Shown: positions 1 through 10,122 of the stretch, piece by piece
Layout of the letters: the number at the start of each line of letters is the position of its first letter
How positions within the stretch are numbered: the first letter of the stretch is position 1
Assembly: GCA_947364715.1 (NCBI GenBank)
Contig: CANAUI010000004.1
Coordinates: 7,454-71,453 of the forward strand
Reading direction: 5' to 3'
Source: an uncultured Clostridium sp.
GTDB lineage: Bacteria; Bacillota; Clostridia; TANB77; CAG-508
DNA: 64,000 nt
Position numbers and translations under genes: made by a program
The notes under the pieces: generated by a model
Databases searched by the model: none
What the model was told of the DNA's origin: nothing
The model's input: the letters and a program-made list of their open reading frames with translations, nothing else

Positions 1-1849
1 CTACTGTTGTTCTTTCTGTTATTTCTATAGTTATATTGTTAGGATTTACATTATACTTATTAGTTATTTTTATATATTTTTCTAAAAAATCTCTTTCCAG
101 TAAACTTTCTTTAGACACATTTACCGAGAATTTTAGGAGTTTAGAAAATTCTTTACCCATTTCTTTAATATTTTCACATACTCTTTCATAAATATATTCA
201 TCTAATTTTGTTATAAAATAATTCTTTTCAAATATTGGTATAAACTCATTTGGTGATATCATTTCTCCATCTTTTTTCCATCTAACAAGTGCTTCTGCTC
301 CTTCCATTTTCTTTGTTTTTGTACTAATTTGTGGTTGATAATATACTTCAAATTCTTTGTTTTTTATGGCTTGTTCCATCATATTTTCTATTTCACTTTG
401 TCTTATCAGTTTTTGTTCAAATTCTTCTGTAAATACACCATATGTGATATTATATTTTCCTTTTATACTATTATGTGCCATAATAGCTTTATCTAACATT
501 GTTTGTACATCTTTTTCGTTTAAATCACTTACATATACTCCCATAGCTATTCGCAAATTATACCAGATATCTCCTATTTTAATTCTGGATAACTTATTAT
601 TTAATCTTTTTGTTATATTTTCAACTTCTATATCTCCTAGTAAAAAAACACCAAAAATATCATTAGATAATCTACAAACTACATCAGTTTTTCTAACAGA
701 ATTTTTAATTTCTTCTCCTACTCTTTTTAATAATTCATTTCCTTTGATATGTCCATATTTCTTATTAAATGTTTTAAATTTATCTATATCTAAAATAATA
801 AGTGTTTTTTTTGTATTTATTTCCACTTTTTCTTCAATAGTTTCTAAATATGAATTATAATTACCTAAATTTGTAATAGGGTCAATATATGCTAATTGAT
901 ACAGTTTTTGTCTCTTTTTTATATTTGATATAACAATATAGATTGTTGTAAAAGTAATAATAATTATAATCCCAACTGCTATCCATATGCTTATTTCTAA
1001 TAATTTAATTAAATCTTTTGCAATAACATCTTCTTGGACAATAATCATTAATGTCCATTCACCAATTCTTAATTTTTTGTAAGAAACAAAATGTTTCTTG
1101 TCTTTTACATGATAAAATACTTGTCCTTCTTGCTTTTTTAATATTTCAGCTTTCATTTCATCTATTTTTTCTGTTTCTCTTGAATTTAGTTTTTTTAATT
1201 CATCAAAAATATTGCCATTATTTTGCTCACTTTTTGAATTTATGATAATTTCTCCTTCATTTGTTATTAATGATTCTATTCCATTTCCTTGAAATATATT
1301 TTGTGATAGTAAATTTCTATATTTATAATTATCTACAACTAATAAAATACTAATTTCCTGATTGTAAAAATTCATTTTTTTTGAATAGATATTAATTTCT
1401 TCATTATTTATTTTACTCTTTCTGCTTTGAGATAATTGAACATTAGAGCTTGAAAAAAACATATCTGTTTCCTCTGATAAGTCTACTGTTTTTCCATCAC
1501 TAGTTATTGTTGTTCCATTTTTATATAATATTGCTATTCTTGAAAATTCGTTATTCCTAGAATGTCGATTATATATATTAAAAATATCTTGCTCATTTTT
1601 AGCATTTTCTTCTATCTCTTTCACGATTGTTTCTAATATTTTTGTATGTTCTTCTATTCGGTCTTCAAGCTTTTCTGCATCTTGTCTAGTAATTTCTTCT
1701 AAGTTTGATAATATACTTTTATTTATTAGATTTTCAATATATGCTAAAAAAATCATACTTACTATTATTATTGTACTTATAATTATAATAATTATGATTA
1801 TCGGTATTTTATATGTTTTTTCTTGCTTTTTTTGACTATTTATATTCAC
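1..1849 (-). CDS. Membrane sensor protein with degenerate GGDEF domain plus EAL domain (c-di-GMP phosphodiesterase type); 3' end runs off the window
   Basis: Manual minus-strand translation from GTG at 1849 (AGGAG about 6 nt upstream) stays open to position 2. N-terminal TM (IPIIIIIIIIISTIIIVSMIFLAY) and a second TM after a periplasmic-like segment. The GGDEF position reads RLSNDIF, followed by EAL hallmarks YYQPQI, EALVRW and EITE. Absent from the ORF track because it is open at the window edge. Confidence 0.75.
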   Translation of the reverse strand, partial: MNINSQKKQEKTYKIPIIIIIIIISTIIIVSMIFLAYIENLINKSILSNLEEITRQDAEKLEDRIEEHTKILETIVKEIEENAKNEQDIFNIYNRHSRNNEFSRIAILYKNGTTITSDGKTVDLSEETDMFFSSSNVQLSQSRKSKINNEEINIYSKKMNFYNQEISILLVVDNYKYRNLLSQNIFQGNGIESLITNEGEIIINSKSEQNNGNIFDELKKLNSRETEKIDEMKAEILKKQEGQVFYHVKDKKHFVSYKKLRIGEWTLMIIVQEDVIAKDLIKLLEISIWIAVGIIIIITFTTIYIVISNIKKRQKLYQLAYIDPITNLGNYNSYLETIEEKVEINTKKTLIILDIDKFKTFNKKYGHIKGNELLKRVGEEIKNSVRKTDVVCRLSNDIFGVFLLGDIEVENITKRLNNKLSRIKIGDIWYNLRIAMGVYVSDLNEKDVQTMLDKAIMAHNSIKGKYNITYGVFTEEFEQKLIRQSEIENMMEQAIKNKEFEVYYQPQISTKTKKMEGAEALVRWKKDGEMISPNEFIPIFEKNYFITKLDEYIYERVCENIKEMGKEFSKLLKFSVNVSKESLLERDFLEKYIKITNKYNVNPNNITIEITERTTV

Positions 1850-1952
1850 ATTTTTCTCCTCATATGGTTTTATTATGTGTTATAAACATTATTTTATGCC
1901 AAAAAATAATAAAAAATTTATTGAAATTCTTTAACTTTTTACTATATTATGT

Positions 1953-1978
1953 GAACAAAAGAGGCATGACTAAAATTT
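1953..1978 (+). repeat. Truncated copy of module a of the a-b-c intergenic repeat family
   Basis: GAACAAAAGAGGCATGACTAAAATTT differs by 1 nt from 42632-42657. The partner arm is missing here. Confidence 0.55.
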
Positions 1979-2013
1979 AAGGTGGACAAAACCATATTTG
2001 GTATTTATCCACC
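1975..2013 (-). terminator. Putative intrinsic terminator after the GGGtGRT gene
   Basis: GGTGGA...TCCACC stem (2008-2013 / 1981-1986) with internal pairing, followed on the minus strand by a T-rich tail. Confidence 0.45.
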
Positions 2014-2058
2014 TCTATTACTTTTATATTATATTTCGTTTAAATCCAGTATTTTCAA

Positions 2059-3060
2059 CTATTTCATTGATTCTTCAATTGCAACTGCTACTGCTACTGA
2101 TGCTCCAACCATTGGGTTATTACCCATTCCGATTAATCCCATCATTTCAACATGTGCTGGTACTGATGAACTTCCTGCAAATTGTGCATCTGAGTGCATT
2201 CTTCCCATTGTATCTGTCATACCATATGATGCTGGACCTGCTGCCATATTGTCTGGGTGTAATGTTCTTCCTGTTCCTCCTCCTGATGCTACTGAGAAAT
2301 ATTTTCTTCCTTCTGCTAATCTTTCTTTCTTATATGTTCCTGCTACTGGGTGTTGGAATCTTGTTGGGTTTGTTGAGTTTCCTGTAATTGATACATCAAC
2401 ATCTTCCATCCACATGATAGCTACACCTTCTCTAACATCATTTGCACCATAACATCTAACTTTACTTCTTTCTCCATCTGAATATTTAATTTCTTCTACA
2501 ACATTTACTTTTCCTGTAAAGAAATCAAAATCTGTTTTTACATATGTAAATCCATTAATTCTTGAAATAACTTGTGCTGCATCTTTTCCAAGACCATTTA
2601 AAATAACTCTTAATGGCTCTTTTCTTACTTTATTTGCTGATTTAGCAATTCCGATTGCTCCTTCAGCAGCTGCAAAACTTTCATGTCCTGCTAAAAATGC
2701 AAAGCATTTTGTATCTTCTGATAATAGCATTGATGCTAAATTTCCATGTCCTAATCCAACTTTTCTATCATCTGCAACTGAACCTGGAATACAGAAAGCT
2801 TGTAATCCTTCTCCTATTGCTTTTGCTGCATCTGCTGCTTTTGTACAACCTTTTTTTACAGCAATTGCTGCACCTAGTGTATATGCCCAAGCTGCATTTT
2901 CAAAACAAATTGGTTGTACTCCTTTTACGATTTCATATGGATTAAATCCTTTATCTGTACATATTTTTAATGCATCTTCAAAATCCTTTATTCCGTATTT
3001 TTCCATTACTGGTTTTATTTGTTCAATTCTTCTTTCATAACTTTCAAATGTTACTGCCAT
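2059..3060 (-). CDS. GGGtGRT family protein (conserved, function unknown)
   Basis: 333-aa ORF containing the family-defining SGGGTGRT motif. AGGAGG RBS upstream. Confidence 0.8.
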   Translation of the reverse strand: MAVTFESYERRIEQIKPVMEKYGIKDFEDALKICTDKGFNPYEIVKGVQPICFENAAWAYTLGAAIAVKKGCTKAADAAKAIGEGLQAFCIPGSVADDRKVGLGHGNLASMLLSEDTKCFAFLAGHESFAAAEGAIGIAKSANKVRKEPLRVILNGLGKDAAQVISRINGFTYVKTDFDFFTGKVNVVEEIKYSDGERSKVRCYGANDVREGVAIMWMEDVDVSITGNSTNPTRFQHPVAGTYKKERLAEGRKYFSVASGGGTGRTLHPDNMAAGPASYGMTDTMGRMHSDAQFAGSSSVPAHVEMMGLIGMGNNPMVGASVAVAVAIEESMK

Positions 3061-3212
3061 TTTTTATTCCTCCTCTTTATTATTCTATTCTTACTTATTT
3101 TTAAATTAATTCAAATTAGTAAGATGTGCATTTTTCATAAATATAGACAAACTGAAGGTGTACTTTTGTACATCAAAGTTTGGATTTATTAAAAATGCTA
3201 TTCGTTCGTTTT

Positions 3213-3905
3213 CTATTCTTGTCTTGGGTCAATCTTCTTCACAGCCTCATCAAATCTTCCATAAGTACCAGAAGCTTTTTCTATAGCCTCCATAGGGTCA
3301 ATACCCTTTTTAATATTATCCATCATTTTACCCATATGAACATATTTATATCCAATAATTTGGTCATCTTTATCTAACCCTAATTCTACAATATAACCTT
3401 CTGTTAATTGTAAATATCTAGGACCTTTTAAATTACTTGAATAAATTGTTCCAACTTGTGATATATGACCTTTTCCTAAGTCTTCAAGACCTGCACCTAC
3501 TGGAAGTCCTCCTTCTGAGAATGCTGTTTGTGTTCTTCCATATACAATTTGTAAGAATAATTCTCTCATAGCAGTATTGATAGCATCACAAACTAAATCT
3601 GTATTTAATGCTTCTAATATTGTTTTTCCTGTTAAAATTTCTCCAGCCATAGCTGCTGAATGTGTCATTCCTGAACATCCTATTGTTTCAATTAATGCTT
3701 CTTGAATGATACCATCTTTTACATTTAAAGTTAATTTACATGCTCCTTGTTGAGGTGCACACCATCCAATACCATGTGTTAAACCTGATATATCTTTTAC
3801 TTCTTTAGCTTTCACCCATTTTCCTTCTTCTGGAATTGGTGCTGGCCCATGGTCTACTCCTTTTTTTACAACACACATTTCTTCTAATTCTTTTGAATAA
3901 ATCAT
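3213..3905 (-). CDS. NifU/IscU-like Fe-S scaffold-domain protein, long form
   Basis: Cys-containing IscU-like N-terminal half (GWCAPQQGACKL, IGCSGMTHS). The ORF-track start at 3923 is a TTG inside the RBS; ATG at 3905 follows GAAAGGAG. Confidence 0.6.
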   Translation of the reverse strand: MIYSKELEEMCVVKKGVDHGPAPIPEEGKWVKAKEVKDISGLTHGIGWCAPQQGACKLTLNVKDGIIQEALIETIGCSGMTHSAAMAGEILTGKTILEALNTDLVCDAINTAMRELFLQIVYGRTQTAFSEGGLPVGAGLEDLGKGHISQVGTIYSSNLKGPRYLQLTEGYIVELGLDKDDQIIGYKYVHMGKMMDNIKKGIDPMEAIEKASGTYGRFDEAVKKIDPRQE

Positions 3906-3975
3906 TTTTATTGCTCCTTTCAAACTTGATTTGTATATTTCAATTTAGGCACTCTACCTAAACTTAAAAACTTTT

Positions 3976-5040
3976 CTACTTTTTTTCTATTTTATCTTCT
4001 GAAAATAATATTTGATTTCTAATTATTTTATTCAATTCTTCATTAGTTTCTTCTTTTTGTTTTTTAGTTATTTTTTGTTTCTTTGTTTTCTTTTTTATAC
4101 TATTCTCTTGTATTTTTTTTGTATGTAATTCTTCTTGTATTTTTTTCATTTTTTCTTTTAACATATCATTTTGCATTTTATCTACTGTTGTTTCATTTTT
4201 ATAATTTAATGTAACAGTATTTCCACTTTGTAAATTATTTGATTTTTTATTATTTATTTGATTTTTTAAATTTTCTGTATTTTTTTCCATTGATACTTGT
4301 GTGTTGCTCCACATAGTAGTTGATTTTTTTCGAAGATTTGTATCCCAATTATTTTCTATCTTATGACTTTTAATTTGATTATATTTTTTTTGTATTTCCA
4401 TATTTTGAATTTCATCTTCTCTTATATAACCATTATTTTCTAATTCGTCTTCTTGGGTATTATATTCAATAATGTTTTTTGTATCTTGTTCTATATAAAT
4501 ATTTGCATTATATTCTTCTATTTCTGCTAAATTTCTTGCACCATTAAAATATCTATATAATATATCTTTATCTTTTTTTGAAACTTGTTCTGGCCCAATT
4601 CCTAAATATTTATATCTCCAAATTACATGACGTTCATAACTATTAAAAGCATTATTTACCAAATCTTCATAACTATATTCTGCTTTAAACTTCATATTTG
4701 TTATAGTTATTGTAAAATTACTCCATATTTCTTCTGAAGTTGTTTTTTTTAATTCTTGTCTTAATTCTTTTATGTTATCATATAATTTTTCAACTAAATC
4801 TAAATATTGTTTTTCATCAATATTAAATTTAATTGGAATTTCATATACATTAACAGGATTTTTTCTAAATATTCCTTTCGGTATATAATAGAAAAATAAT
4901 TCTCCTGTTAATTCTTTTTTTTCATCTTCTATAACTGAACTATATAAATATATTGCTTCCCATTTTTCAGGTATCATATATAGTAATTTTCTTTGTATTT
5001 CTTCATACATTTCTTTTATCTGCTTTGTATGATTCAACAT
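3976..5040 (-). CDS. YezG/DUF600-family immunity-like protein with about 180-aa K/N/E-rich C-terminal extension
   Basis: The first ~170 aa match the YezG pattern as I recall it from B. subtilis (MIPEKWEAIYLYSSV, GELFFYYIP, WRYKYLGIGPE). The remainder is low-complexity. Confidence 0.6.
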   Translation of the reverse strand: MLNHTKQIKEMYEEIQRKLLYMIPEKWEAIYLYSSVIEDEKKELTGELFFYYIPKGIFRKNPVNVYEIPIKFNIDEKQYLDLVEKLYDNIKELRQELKKTTSEEIWSNFTITITNMKFKAEYSYEDLVNNAFNSYERHVIWRYKYLGIGPEQVSKKDKDILYRYFNGARNLAEIEEYNANIYIEQDTKNIIEYNTQEDELENNGYIREDEIQNMEIQKKYNQIKSHKIENNWDTNLRKKSTTMWSNTQVSMEKNTENLKNQINNKKSNNLQSGNTVTLNYKNETTVDKMQNDMLKEKMKKIQEELHTKKIQENSIKKKTKKQKITKKQKEETNEELNKIIRNQILFSEDKIEKK

Positions 5041-5046
5041 ATCCTT

Positions 5047-6588
5047 TTATTCCTTATCTAATAAACTTACTCCGTCCATTTCCTCTGGTTTGTTTAGATT
5101 CATTAAATCAAGCATAGTTGGAGCTAAATCTGCTAATTTTCCACCTGATTTTAATTTTAATGTTGTATCTTGTGTTACTAATATAATTGGTACAGGGTTT
5201 GTTGTATGTGCTGTATGTGGTTCTCCTGTTTTGTAATCTATCATTTGTTCTGCATTACCATGGTCTGCTGTAATAATTAAGTTACCTTGTTTTTCTTCTA
5301 CTAAACTTACTACTTTCCCCACACATTCATCAACAGCTTCTACTGCTCTAATAGCTGATTCTAAACTTCCTGTATGACCTACCATATCTGTATTAGCATA
5401 ATTTAAAATAATACTATCATATTTATCACTTTTAATAGCTTCTATTACTTTATCAGTTACTTCATATGCACTCATTTCTGGTTTCATATCATAAGTTTCT
5501 ACTTTTGGAGATGGAACTAATATTCTGTCTTCTCCAGTATATTGTTTTTCTTCTCCTCCATTAAAGAAAAATGTAACATGTGCATATTTTTCTGTTTCTG
5601 CAATTCTTAATTGTGTATATCCTAACTTACTAATGTATTCCCCATATGTATTACTTAAAGATTCTTTGTTGAATGCAATGTGTACATTTGGCATAGTTTC
5701 ATCATAATTTGTAAAACATACATAATATAGATTTAAATCTTTTTTTGTTTCAAATCCATCAAATTCTGAATCTACTAATGCTCTTGTAATTTCTCTTGCT
5801 CTATCTGGTCTAAAGTTAAAGAAAATAACAGAATCGTTTTCTTCAATTTTTGCAATTGGGTCTTCTCCATTACAAATGATAGTTGGTTCAACAAATTCAT
5901 CAAATACTTCTTTTTGATAAGAATCTTCGATTGCTTTTACACTACTACCTGCTTTTATTCCTTCTCCATTAACAAGGGCATTATAGCATTTTTGAACTCT
6001 CTCCCATCTTTTATCTCTATCCATTGCGTAAAATCTTCCTGATAAACTTGCAATTTTTCCTACATTTTTTTCTTTCATTTTTTCTTCTAGTTTTATAATA
6101 TATCCTTCAGCAGATGCTGGTGGGGTATCTCTTCCATCTAAAAAACAATGTACATATACATTTTCAAAATCTCTTCTTTTAGCCATTTCTAATAATCCAT
6201 ATAAATGGCGATTATGACTATGTACACCTCCATCTGAAACTAATCCTAATATATGTAATTTAGAATTATGTTTTTTACAATTTTCTATTGCTCCAATGAA
6301 TTCTGGATTTGAGAAAAAGTCTCCATCTTCTATTGATTTTGTAATTCTAGTTAATTCTTGGTATACAATTCTTCCAGCTCCAATATTTGTATGTCCTACT
6401 TCTGAATTTCCCATTTGTCCTTCTGGTAATCCAACTTGTAATCCACTTGTATATATTTCTGTGTTTGGATATTTTTTCATTAGTCTATCAATATTTGGTT
6501 TTTTTGCTAATTTTATAGCATTCCCATCTGTATTTGTGTTATCTCCAAAACCATCTAATATCATTAGCATTGTTAATTTATCTTTCAT
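5047..6588 (-). CDS. gpmI: 2,3-bisphosphoglycerate-independent phosphoglycerate mutase
   Basis: 513 aa with ILDGFG, MGNSEVGH and ADHGNAE motifs. Confidence 0.95.
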   Translation of the reverse strand: MKDKLTMLMILDGFGDNTNTDGNAIKLAKKPNIDRLMKKYPNTEIYTSGLQVGLPEGQMGNSEVGHTNIGAGRIVYQELTRITKSIEDGDFFSNPEFIGAIENCKKHNSKLHILGLVSDGGVHSHNRHLYGLLEMAKRRDFENVYVHCFLDGRDTPPASAEGYIIKLEEKMKEKNVGKIASLSGRFYAMDRDKRWERVQKCYNALVNGEGIKAGSSVKAIEDSYQKEVFDEFVEPTIICNGEDPIAKIEENDSVIFFNFRPDRAREITRALVDSEFDGFETKKDLNLYYVCFTNYDETMPNVHIAFNKESLSNTYGEYISKLGYTQLRIAETEKYAHVTFFFNGGEEKQYTGEDRILVPSPKVETYDMKPEMSAYEVTDKVIEAIKSDKYDSIILNYANTDMVGHTGSLESAIRAVEAVDECVGKVVSLVEEKQGNLIITADHGNAEQMIDYKTGEPHTAHTTNPVPIILVTQDTTLKLKSGGKLADLAPTMLDLMNLNKPEEMDGVSLLDKE

Positions 6589-6606
6589 AATATCTCATCC
6601 TTTTCT

Positions 6607-7362
6607 CTATGTTTTATCAAAGTTAATAATTTTTGAAAATTCTTCTGCCTCTAAACTTGCACCACCTACTAATCCTCCATCTATATCAGACATAGTAAAT
6701 AATTCTTTTGCATTTTTAGATTTTACACTTCCACCATATTGTATTATAACTTCATCACCCACATTTTGTCCATAAATTTCGACAATTTTTTTACGTATAT
6801 CTTTTATTGAATTATTTGCATCCTCACTTGTTGCTGTTTTTCCAGTTCCAATTGCCCAAATTGGTTCATAAGCAATAATTGTATTTTTTACTTGTTCTTC
6901 TGTTAATCCTTCTAATGCTAATTCTGTTTGTTTTGTAATTATTTCTGCTGTCTTTCCAGCTTCTCTTTGCTCTAATGTTTCTCCAACACATACAATTGGT
7001 TTTAATCCATTTGCAAATGCTGATTTTATCTTTTTATTGACACTTTCATCTGTTTCATTAAAATATTGTCTTCTTTCTGAGTGCCCAATAATAACATATT
7101 CTACATTAATAGATTTTAACATTTTAGCTGATATTTCTCCTGTATAAGCACCTTTTTCCTCAAAGTGCATATTTTGTGCACCTATTTTGATATTTGTATT
7201 TTGTGCTGTTAATAATGCATAAAATAAATCAGTAAATGGAACACATAGTACAATTTCGTTTTGTGTTTCATCAACTAATTTTGATAATTCTTCAATATAT
7301 TTTATTGTCTCATCTGGAAGCATATTCATTTTCCAATTTCCTGCAATTACTTTTTTTCTCAT
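6607..7362 (-). CDS. tpiA: Triosephosphate isomerase
   Basis: 251 aa with AGNWKMN, IGHSERR, AYEPIWAIGTG and GGASL. Confidence 0.95.
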   Translation of the reverse strand: MRKKVIAGNWKMNMLPDETIKYIEELSKLVDETQNEIVLCVPFTDLFYALLTAQNTNIKIGAQNMHFEEKGAYTGEISAKMLKSINVEYVIIGHSERRQYFNETDESVNKKIKSAFANGLKPIVCVGETLEQREAGKTAEIITKQTELALEGLTEEQVKNTIIAYEPIWAIGTGKTATSEDANNSIKDIRKKIVEIYGQNVGDEVIIQYGGSVKSKNAKELFTMSDIDGGLVGGASLEAEEFSKIINFDKT

Positions 7363-7455
7363 AATTAAATTCCCCCTTTTATATATAAAATGTTAAATAA
7401 TCTTTTTTGTGATATAACATTATTAAATGTTATTATGAACAGTATTATTGTATAA

Positions 7456-7487
7456 CAAAAAAGAATACTTTTCAAGTATTCTCTTTC
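7456..7487 (-). terminator. Intrinsic terminator after pgk; 32-nt sequence identical to 10016-10047
   Basis: Minus strand reads GAAAGAGAATACT-TGAAA-AGTATTCTTTTTTG: an 8-9 bp stem plus a T-run. Confidence 0.6.
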
Positions 7488-7529
7488 GTTTTTTAATTGT
7501 TTATAATAGTCATTTACAACCATATACTT

Positions 7530-8714
7530 TTATTTATCTAATAAAGCTTCAATTCCTGGTAATTTCTTTCCTTCTAAAAATTCTAAAGAAGCTCCTCCTC
7601 CTGTTGAGATATGTGTCATTTTATTTCCTAATCCTGCTTTTTTTACAGCAGATGCTGAATCTCCACCACCAATAATTGTTGTGGCATCAATTTCTGATAA
7701 AACTTTTGCAATAGAATTTGTTCCAATAGCAAATTGGTCAAATTCAAATAATCCTAAAGGTCCATTCCATACAACAGTTTTTGCATTTTTTAATTCATCT
7801 TCAAACATTTTTATAGTTTCTGGTCCAATATCAAATCCTTCCCAGTCTGCTGGAATTTCTTTATAACTTACTATCTTGCTTTCTGTATCTGGTTTAAATT
7901 CTTTACCTATTTTTGTATCTACTGGAAGCATTAATTTAACTCCCTTTTGTTTTGCTTTTTCCATAGCTTGTTTTGCTAAATCTAATTTGTCCATTTCACA
8001 AATTGAATTTCCTACTTCATATCCTTGTGCTTTAAAGAATGTATATGCCATTCCTCCACCAATCATTAATATATCTACTTTTTCTAATAAACTATCAATA
8101 ACACCAATTTTATCAGAAACCTTTGCTCCACCTAAAATAGCAACAAATGGTCTTTCTGGATTGTTTATAGCATTTCCTAAGAATTGTAATTCTTTTTCAA
8201 TTAAAAATCCTGATACTGCTGGTAAATAACTAGCAATTCCTGTTGTTGAAGCATGTGCTCTATGAGCACTTCCAAATGCATCATTTACATATACTTCTGC
8301 CATTGAAGCTAATTTTTTAGAAAATTCTAGGTCATTGTCTGTTTCTTCTTTATGGAATCTTACATTTTCAAGTAATAATATTTCTCCTTCTTTTAAGTTA
8401 GTAGCTTTTTCACAAGCATCTTCGCCAATAACATCTTTTGCCATTATAACTTCTTGCCCTAATATTTTTGATAATTCTTTAGCAACAGGTTTTAATGAAA
8501 ATTCTGGTTTAAATTCTCCCTTTGGTCTTCCTAAATGTGATGCTAGTACTAATTTACAATCTTGTTCTAATAAATATTTAATTGTTGGTAGTGCTGCTAC
8601 AATTCTTGTATTATCTGTTATATTTTGATTTTCATCCATTGGTACATTGAAATCACATCTAACAAATACTTTTTTCCCTTTCAAATCAATATCTTTTACT
8701 GTTTTCTTATTCAT
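7530..8714 (-). CDS. pgk: Phosphoglycerate kinase
   Basis: 394 aa with RCDFNVP, SHLGRP and GGGDS motifs. Confidence 0.95.
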   Translation of the reverse strand: MNKKTVKDIDLKGKKVFVRCDFNVPMDENQNITDNTRIVAALPTIKYLLEQDCKLVLASHLGRPKGEFKPEFSLKPVAKELSKILGQEVIMAKDVIGEDACEKATNLKEGEILLLENVRFHKEETDNDLEFSKKLASMAEVYVNDAFGSAHRAHASTTGIASYLPAVSGFLIEKELQFLGNAINNPERPFVAILGGAKVSDKIGVIDSLLEKVDILMIGGGMAYTFFKAQGYEVGNSICEMDKLDLAKQAMEKAKQKGVKLMLPVDTKIGKEFKPDTESKIVSYKEIPADWEGFDIGPETIKMFEDELKNAKTVVWNGPLGLFEFDQFAIGTNSIAKVLSEIDATTIIGGGDSASAVKKAGLGNKMTHISTGGGASLEFLEGKKLPGIEALLDK

Positions 8715-8810
8715 ATTGACTCCTCCTTTTTCTATCCTTTTTATGCGATTCTATTTTATAGCATTTTTTTCCAGTTTTCAAGTAAAAAATTATATTTATT
8801 TTTATTTTGA

Positions 8811-8862
8811 GTTACAAGATATTACAATATAATGGTTTTTCTCAAATATACAAGAAAAAATC
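8811..8862 (-). repeat. Family B intergenic module (promoter-like), uninterrupted copy
   Basis: Shares GTTACAAGA..TTACAATATAATGGTTT..AAATATACAAGAAAAAA with 10066-10117 and 38981-38994 + 39199-39252. Minus strand reads TTGTAT-16 nt-TATATT. Confidence 0.5.
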
Positions 8863-8905
8863 TCTAATTGTATTTCCATTATTTCATAATACAATTAAAG
8901 ATTTT
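8851..8905 (-). terminator. Putative terminator after gap
   Basis: Inverted repeat AAAATCTCTAATTGTAT / ATACAATTAAAGATTTT, followed on the minus strand by TTTTTTC. Confidence 0.5.
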
Positions 8906-8935
8906 TCCATAAATTCATTTAATTTTATACATTTA

Positions 8936-9991
<1,056 letters not shown>

Positions 9992-10015
9992 TTATTGACC
10001 TTTTTTATTCTATAC

Positions 10016-10047
10016 CAAAAAAGAATACTTTTCAAGTATTCTCTTTC
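10016..10047 (-). terminator. Intrinsic terminator after pyrD; identical 32-mer to 7456-7487
   Basis: Same hairpin and T-run as 7456-7487. Confidence 0.6.
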
Positions 10048-10065
10048 ATTTAATATAATTTTTTG

Positions 10066-10117
10066 TTACAAGACAATAATTTCTTTTAAATATACAAGAA
10101 AAAAGTTGATATCCAAA
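10066..10117 (-). repeat. Family B intergenic module, copy lacking the TTACAATATAATGG segment
   Basis: GTTACAAGACAATAATTTCTTTTAAATATACAAGAAAAAAGTTGATATCC aligns with the copies at 8811 and 39199. Confidence 0.5.
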
Positions 10118-10122
10118 TATTT

